Positions 8,852 to 13,244 of a DNA stretch of 13,244 nt are shown here, one piece after another. This DNA is from Thermoplasmatota archaeon (GTDB lineage Archaea; Thermoplasmatota; Penumbrarchaeia; Penumbrarchaeales; Penumbrarchaeaceae): the NCBI GenBank assembly GCA_965234725.1, contig CBDDUX010000049.1:1-13244 (forward strand). The letters are read 5' to 3'. Made by a program: the position numbers and the translations under genes. Positions within the stretch are counted from its first letter, which is position 1, and each line of letters opens with the position of its first letter. The notes beneath the pieces were generated by a model. That model saw only the letters and a program-made list of their open reading frames with translations, was not told where the DNA came from and made no database searches.

Positions 8852-9631
8852 ATGAAAACACACTGGCCAGGCACAGAGGAAGAAGAAATTGAAAGGAATA
8901 GGTGCAGATACTTCCTCAAGGATACGATCAGAAAGGAATTTGATTTCACAAGAGCAGATCAGAACATGGGAGTTCCTTCTCCAATGGTCCAAAAACCGAT
9001 CGATGAGGGCAATGTGGTATTTAATCTTCCAATTCCAGATGACTGGTCCAATACTTGTCGAGCGGGACTTGCAGAGATCCTAGGTAAACGGAGGAGCAGG
9101 AGATCATTTGAAGATGAAGCTCTAACCTTGGAGGAATTATCTTTTTTATTATGGGCCACACAAGGTATGAAAAGTCCAAACGATCCATTCCTCCGAACCT
9201 CTCCATCAGCCGGAGCGAGGCATTCTTTTGAAACCTATATAACTGTCAGAGAGGCAATTGGTTTGGAAGAGGGGCTTTATAGATACCTTCCCTTGGACCA
9301 TTCACTTCTAATGATCAGGAAGGAAAGCAATATTTCCAGGAAGGTAGCGCAAGCGAGCTTTGATCAGTCCTTCGTAGGAACCGGATCGGTGGTTTTCATC
9401 TGGACAGCGATACCATATCGAATGGAATGGAGGTACGGTCCGGCTGCCCATAAAGTGATTGCAATAGATATCGGACATGTCTGCCAGAACCTCTACCTTG
9501 CCTCGGAAGGGATCGGATGCGGAACCTGTGCAATTGGTGCCTATGATCAAGAGGCGGTTGATTCCCTCATCGGGGTTGATGGAAATGATGAATTCACCAT
9601 CTATCTTGCTCCGGTTGGAAAAATGAAATGA
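8852..9631 (+). CDS. SagB/ThcOx-family dehydrogenase (nitroreductase superfamily, FMN-dependent)
   Basis: 259 aa. FMN-binding RRSRRSF, LSFLLWATQG, RTSPSAGARHSFETY, GLYRYLPLDHSL, WRYG, DIGHVCQNLYLASEGIGCGTCAIGAYD and YLAPVG. SD-like AGGGGG at 8838-8843. Confidence 0.92.
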   Translation: MKTHWPGTEEEEIERNRCRYFLKDTIRKEFDFTRADQNMGVPSPMVQKPIDEGNVVFNLPIPDDWSNTCRAGLAEILGKRRSRRSFEDEALTLEELSFLLWATQGMKSPNDPFLRTSPSAGARHSFETYITVREAIGLEEGLYRYLPLDHSLLMIRKESNISRKVAQASFDQSFVGTGSVVFIWTAIPYRMEWRYGPAAHKVIAIDIGHVCQNLYLASEGIGCGTCAIGAYDQEAVDSLIGVDGNDEFTIYLAPVGKMK

Positions 9632-9721
9632 TCAAAAAGAAGTTTACTGTGGAGAATTCCAGGATTCTAACGAAACCATGGTTGTTTCATCGATTTTCAA
9701 ATGTTTTCATTCAATATTTCA

Positions 9722-9767
9722 GAAAAATATATAATATCTATGGATATATGGAGAACGTGTAGGGGGT
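9722..9767 (+). promoter_or_regulatory. Candidate BRE/TATA promoter and RBS of the PGF-CTERM protein gene
   Basis: GAAAAATATATAAT at 9722-9735, and AGGGGGT at 9761-9767, 7 nt before the TTG start at 9775. Confidence 0.55.
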
Positions 9768-9774
9768 AAAATTT

Positions 9775-10539
9775 TTGAAGAACAACGTTGCTTTAATGGC
9801 GCTTTTGGCTTGCACTGTACTAATCTCAACGGTATTCATCCTTACAGTCAATGCGGAGATCACACCTCCGCCCAACGATATTGACCCGGGGACCGAGACA
9901 CCCACCAACACTTCACTTGGAATGACAATTGACACTTTCTCGATGACCATGTCATCCACAGAGACAACTTACACTTACACAATTGAGGCTGCGGGAACAG
10001 GTTCCGCAGATATCGTAAAGGGTTACTATTCAATTTGGGTGTATGGTGGTGATGGAGAGTCTGGTGCTCAGGAGTCCTGGGAAGCCAGCCCCATTGATGA
10101 GGAGCATTCCTACGGCAGTCATGAGTATAAGGAAGAATTCTTCGGAACCGGACCTGAGGGGTCCTGGTCCACCTGGAAATGGAAGTTCCATTCATCTGGT
10201 CCTATCGATGACAGCAATAGGGCCAGATTCGAAGATCCGGAATCATATTGGGGACCGATAGATCATATGCTCTTGTACATAAGGGGATATGCTGAAGACG
10301 GAACATGGGACCAGGATTCCGAGGATATAACAGAGGAGTATACTGGGATCCCATCGTCCTCATCAGATGACGATACCACCGATGATGATACTACTGATGA
10401 TGATACTACTGATGACGATACTACTGATGACGATACCAATGATGAAAAAAAGGATGACAGTCCAGGATTCGAGTTCTCAATTATAGCATTGGGATTGATC
10501 ATTACAATGGTAATACTTGTCAGAAGAAGGAAGCCCTGA
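9775..10539 (+). CDS. Secreted surface protein of unknown function with PGF-CTERM (archaeosortase A) sorting signal
   Basis: 254 aa with a TTG start. Signal peptide MKNNVALMALLACTVLISTVFILTVNA|E, then an acidic, aromatic-rich core and a Ser/Asp/Thr linker. Ends DDSPGFEF, hydrophobic helix SIIALGLIITMVILV and basic RRRK, the tripartite PGF-CTERM pattern. Confidence 0.85.
   Translation: MKNNVALMALLACTVLISTVFILTVNAEITPPPNDIDPGTETPTNTSLGMTIDTFSMTMSSTETTYTYTIEAAGTGSADIVKGYYSIWVYGGDGESGAQESWEASPIDEEHSYGSHEYKEEFFGTGPEGSWSTWKWKFHSSGPIDDSNRARFEDPESYWGPIDHMLLYIRGYAEDGTWDQDSEDITEEYTGIPSSSSDDDTTDDDTTDDDTTDDDTTDDDTNDEKKDDSPGFEFSIIALGLIITMVILVRRRKP
10366..10440 (+). repeat. Five tandem 15-bp units encoding DDDTT x4 + DDDTN
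   Basis: gatgacgataccacc / gatgatgatactact / gatgatgatactact / gatgacgatactact / gatgacgataccaat, in frame within the PGF-CTERM gene. Confidence 0.95.
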
Positions 10540-10590
10540 TTATTCTTGGCTTGAGGTTTTGAGTATAGACATTCTCATATCTTGATGATG

Positions 10591-10615
10591 AAAAAGGGAC
10601 CTTCAGAGGTCCCTT
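10591..10615 (-). terminator. Intrinsic-terminator-like hairpin with U-tract
   Basis: Perfect 9-bp inverted repeat AAGGGACCT-(4 nt)-AGGTCCCTT at 10594-10615. The minus strand reads GGGACCT-CTGA-AGGTCCC-TTTTT. It lies between convergent genes. Confidence 0.6.
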
Positions 10616-10621
10616 CCATTA

Positions 10622-10640
10622 TGATAAAATAATTTTATCA
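10622..10640. promoter_or_regulatory. Perfect 9-1-9 AT-rich palindrome (operator-like site or RNA hairpin)
   Basis: TGATAAAAT-A-ATTTTATCA is directly visible. Its function is not established. Confidence 0.4.
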
Positions 10641-10658
10641 AGTATAAATCAAATAATA

Positions 10659-10780
10659 ACGAACGGCGAAAGAGTGATGTGGATTACAAAGTAGAAGTAA
10701 ATTGATCCCTCAGGGTCTATACACCGTTCGCATCGGTTCCTATGTTCCTCTCCTATTTGAACCCTTTTCCGAAAAAGGTT
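10659..10780 (-). ncRNA. Putative structured RNA element (long 3' UTR of the C25 gene or an independent small RNA)
   Basis: Minus-strand 10-bp stem GCGAACGGUG (10731-10722) / CGCCGUUCGU (10668-10659) and hairpin AACCUUUUU-CGG-AAAAGGGUU (10780-10760). Their non-Watson-Crick pairs are G-U only on the minus strand. I recognise no Rfam family. Confidence 0.3.
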
Positions 10781-10814
10781 ACCCTCTTCATATCACCTAG
10801 TAAACTCATTTTTT

Positions 10815-13244
10815 CTATTTGTCTTCCAATATGAGTGATCTGACATATTCAGGTCTACCCTGGGTTCCATATCCATTCTCAGGTTCATAGGGATCGAATG
10901 CAGGATCTCCGTACAATGTTCTCACTAAGAAAGTAGGTTTTTCAGGATTATCCCTCTTATCCTTTCTAATTGCTTCACCTGTAGAAAGGTCTTGGAAAAT
11001 CAGGGCTTCCTCGATAGGGCCTGCCTTTGCCTCCGAACCAGTTGACCTTGTTGCACAGAAAAAAGCGTTGATCCCTGCATGGAAAAATGTCTGGGTTATT
11101 GATTGTTCAGGCCTAAGCCCTCCAAGTCTCCCAAGCAGACATACACCGGAATTGAAAACAGAGGGTCCAAGCTGCCAATCGAGAGGTTCCCTCAAGACAT
11201 CCGTCACCCTTACACCTGTTGAATATCTATCCCACCCATTTAATTCAGGAGAGAACCAAGACCAGTCTCCATGAAGTACCATTTCGAAATAATTAGCTCT
11301 CTCGAAAGCACCCTGAGAGATCAGATATTCCCTTCCGTTTTCATAGTCCTGCATGTAAATCTCGGTTTTGAAAGCATGTTCCTCGGCTGTTGTTGAGAAT
11401 TCCCTTTGATGGAAGAGCCAACCAGTCCTTCCTCCCCCTTCACCTGCAAGGAAATGGAAATGATCCTTGAAACTGCCTTTGTCCCCATATTCTTCGATCA
11501 TATTCCTTACATGACCTTCCGTATACTGCTCATAGAAAAGTGTTCTGGCGATCAGTGCCGACACATCTATGACATCCCTACCCAAGGGTCTTCCAACGGA
11601 AAGGGAGAGGTTGAGAGAATATGGTAGATCGGTTGCCCAGCCTGTTCCCCACACTTCATCCTCAACCCATTCCGGCTCCTTCTCCTCATAGGACATGGGT
11701 ATCATACTGCCCCCACCCAGAATTGCCATCCATCCATGATCTTCAAGGTATGTTTTTTTAAGATCCTCTGGGAGAATATCTATGTGTGACCTCAACAATT
11801 TAGAATTTGAAGCTGCCCTTTCTTTTCCATACTTCAGAAGGTTTTGGTCGTACCAGGGCCCTGTGGTGTAGCCTTTCAGCTCGTCAATATCATCAGATCT
11901 GTAGAGGTTTAGGCTAGAGGAGGATAAGACCAGTCCTCCTCTGGATGCTGAAATATATGGTGCCATGATAGAGAGATCCTCATACATCGGAAGATGTGGT
12001 GTGGAGAGTAATCTGTTGTTCACCTCTACAGAATATGAGCCTTCTATCCTCGAGATCCCCAAGGAGGTGCCCAATAATGTAGAGAGCCCTTTAACCCCAT
12101 AAAAAACCTTGACTTCGAGGTTGTACGTCCCTGGATGATCGATGACAAGGCTTTCGACAAAATTATTACCATACTCAAATGCAAAACTGGGAGAAGATGC
12201 CACGAGCCTTCCTTCGGTATCCGTCAAAGTCAAAAAGCTTATCGGATCGATGTTCAATCTTTTCTTGAAGGGGTCAAGGATATTGGTCTCGATGTTGCTA
12301 AAATTGACATTTACACGTAGGTCCACGATCCCTTCCATCACTTCTATATCATGAACGATCACGGATTCACCAAGAAGATCAACATCCCAAGATCCAGTAT
12401 CTATCAGGATTGAGTTGATATCTTGAACTTTAACATCAATGAATTCGTCTTCAAGGAACGGAGGGATAGTATCCACAGGATTGGTCATGGTAATATAATC
12501 CAACCTGGAGAATCGGTCTTTGATCACTAATGCAGTGGCGGAGAATGCATTCGTTCCCTCCTCTATCTCGATCCTATCTATCCCAGCTTTCTTTGCAAGT
12601 TCGATCGAATCATTTCCCACGGCGATCACATAACTACAGTCGAATCGATCCGAAAACACTTCTATTTCATTATAGCGGACACTTTCATCTACCACCAGGA
12701 TCGGTATATTGAGGTATGCAGCCATAGGTGCTGAGGTCAAGCCCAATTCGTATCCTTCATCGGTATCGGATATTAGCATGAATCCAGAAGAAGCCGAGAA
12801 TACCAAGCCTGCAATGTCAGAATAGTATTGAACCCGATCCGAACCACTTTCAGGATTATCCCTTATGATTAGAGGTTCTTCCTTTTCCGTATAAGATATA
12901 AATCTGTTCACTCCTTCATTTCTTCCCATGAACAAGGGAAGGAGGCCGGAAGAACCATCGGATATATCATACCAGCAGGCGATGGGGAGGGCAACCAGCG
13001 CATCCATCCTATTGGTTTCTTCCAGGATCACATGGTCATAGTCACCCTCTAATCTCTTAGATACAAGGTCGAGAACATCATTGATCTCGAGAACTATACT
13101 CCCTTCTTTTGAATCCATGAGCCCCTTCAGAATGACAACGGCGGATATCACGACAATGGATGAAGCGAAAAATGCGAATCCTATTTTGGTCTTTGCTATG
13201 AAAATAGGTTGGTTCAAATAGTCACTGTCATCTTCTGGATGGTA
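10815..13244 (-). CDS. C25 family (gingipain-like) cysteine peptidase with CWB2-like repeats; probably 5'-truncated by the window edge
   Basis: The frame is open from the window end (YHPEDDSDYLNQP...) to TAG at 10815-10817, so the TTG at 13217 may not be the true start. C25-like motifs: AILGGGSMIPM, ATDLPYS, SVGRPLG, catalytic-type HG in VLHGDW (His codon 11273-11271), Cys in PSVFNSGVCLLG (11141-11139) and C-terminal LYGDPAF. Hydrophobic segment IGFAFFASSIVVISAVVIL near the N-terminus. Confidence 0.75.
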   Translation of the reverse strand, partial: YHPEDDSDYLNQPIFIAKTKIGFAFFASSIVVISAVVILKGLMDSKEGSIVLEINDVLDLVSKRLEGDYDHVILEETNRMDALVALPIACWYDISDGSSGLLPLFMGRNEGVNRFISYTEKEEPLIIRDNPESGSDRVQYYSDIAGLVFSASSGFMLISDTDEGYELGLTSAPMAAYLNIPILVVDESVRYNEIEVFSDRFDCSYVIAVGNDSIELAKKAGIDRIEIEEGTNAFSATALVIKDRFSRLDYITMTNPVDTIPPFLEDEFIDVKVQDINSILIDTGSWDVDLLGESVIVHDIEVMEGIVDLRVNVNFSNIETNILDPFKKRLNIDPISFLTLTDTEGRLVASSPSFAFEYGNNFVESLVIDHPGTYNLEVKVFYGVKGLSTLLGTSLGISRIEGSYSVEVNNRLLSTPHLPMYEDLSIMAPYISASRGGLVLSSSSLNLYRSDDIDELKGYTTGPWYDQNLLKYGKERAASNSKLLRSHIDILPEDLKKTYLEDHGWMAILGGGSMIPMSYEEKEPEWVEDEVWGTGWATDLPYSLNLSLSVGRPLGRDVIDVSALIARTLFYEQYTEGHVRNMIEEYGDKGSFKDHFHFLAGEGGGRTGWLFHQREFSTTAEEHAFKTEIYMQDYENGREYLISQGAFERANYFEMVLHGDWSWFSPELNGWDRYSTGVRVTDVLREPLDWQLGPSVFNSGVCLLGRLGGLRPEQSITQTFFHAGINAFFCATRSTGSEAKAGPIEEALIFQDLSTGEAIRKDKRDNPEKPTFLVRTLYGDPAFDPYEPENGYGTQGRPEYVRSLILEDK

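Noticed and set aside
8752..8949. 65-aa minus-strand ORF upstream of dodecin
   Set aside because: It overlaps the SagB start and promoter region, has no RBS or recognisable motif, and is likely spurious.
8852..9631. Azole-containing RiPP biosynthetic cluster
   Set aside because: No YcaO, E1-like protein, transporter or Cys/Ser/Thr-rich precursor peptide is in the window. Stand-alone SagB-type genes are common.
10366..10440. CRISPR array
   Set aside because: The 15-bp units are directly adjacent with no spacers, lie in frame in a CDS and vary mostly at synonymous positions.
10683..10703. Minus-strand AATTTACTTCTACTTTGTAAT loosely resembling a Cas12a repeat (TTTCTACT...GTAGAT)
   Set aside because: It is a single copy, the repeat stem is not intact, and there are no cas or tnpB genes in the window.
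10659..10731. C/D box sRNA, tRNA or SECIS element
   Set aside because: GTGATGT is only an imperfect C box with no CTGA D box downstream on the same strand. There is no cloverleaf or T-loop consensus, and neither flanking gene shows an in-frame Sec-type TGA.
10753..10809. 18-codon minus-strand ORF MSLLGDMKRVTFFGKGFK just after the C25 stop
   Set aside because: Too short to support without conservation or ribosome profiling. The AGGTGAT motif abuts the second ATG with no spacing.

Overview
Gene-dense 13.2 kb chromosomal-looking segment, most likely archaeal. A PGF-CTERM sorting signal, BRE/TATA-like promoters, GGAGGTG-type ribosome-binding sites and a heavily N-glycosylation-sequon-laden surface protein point that way; Thermoplasmatota is my inference, not demonstrated. 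In order it contains: a translationally coupled, bacterial-style sbcD-sbcC nuclease/ATPase operon; a 1325-aa secreted, C-terminally anchored multi-beta-sandwich surface glycoprotein; a dodecin divergent from a stand-alone SagB/ThcOx-type flavin oxidoreductase; a small PGF-CTERM surface protein with a (DDDTT)5 linker; a 275-bp convergent intergenic region packed with inverted repeats; and a 5'-truncated C25 (gingipain-like) cysteine peptidase with cell-wall-binding-repeat-2-like motifs. I saw no mobile element, CRISPR array, tRNA or rRNA. The best candidates for novelty are the minus-strand structured element at about 10590-10780, the CWB2-like/C25 peptidase architecture, an unassigned tandem 95-aa domain, and a possible Cys-Cys C-terminal sorting signal on the large surface protein.
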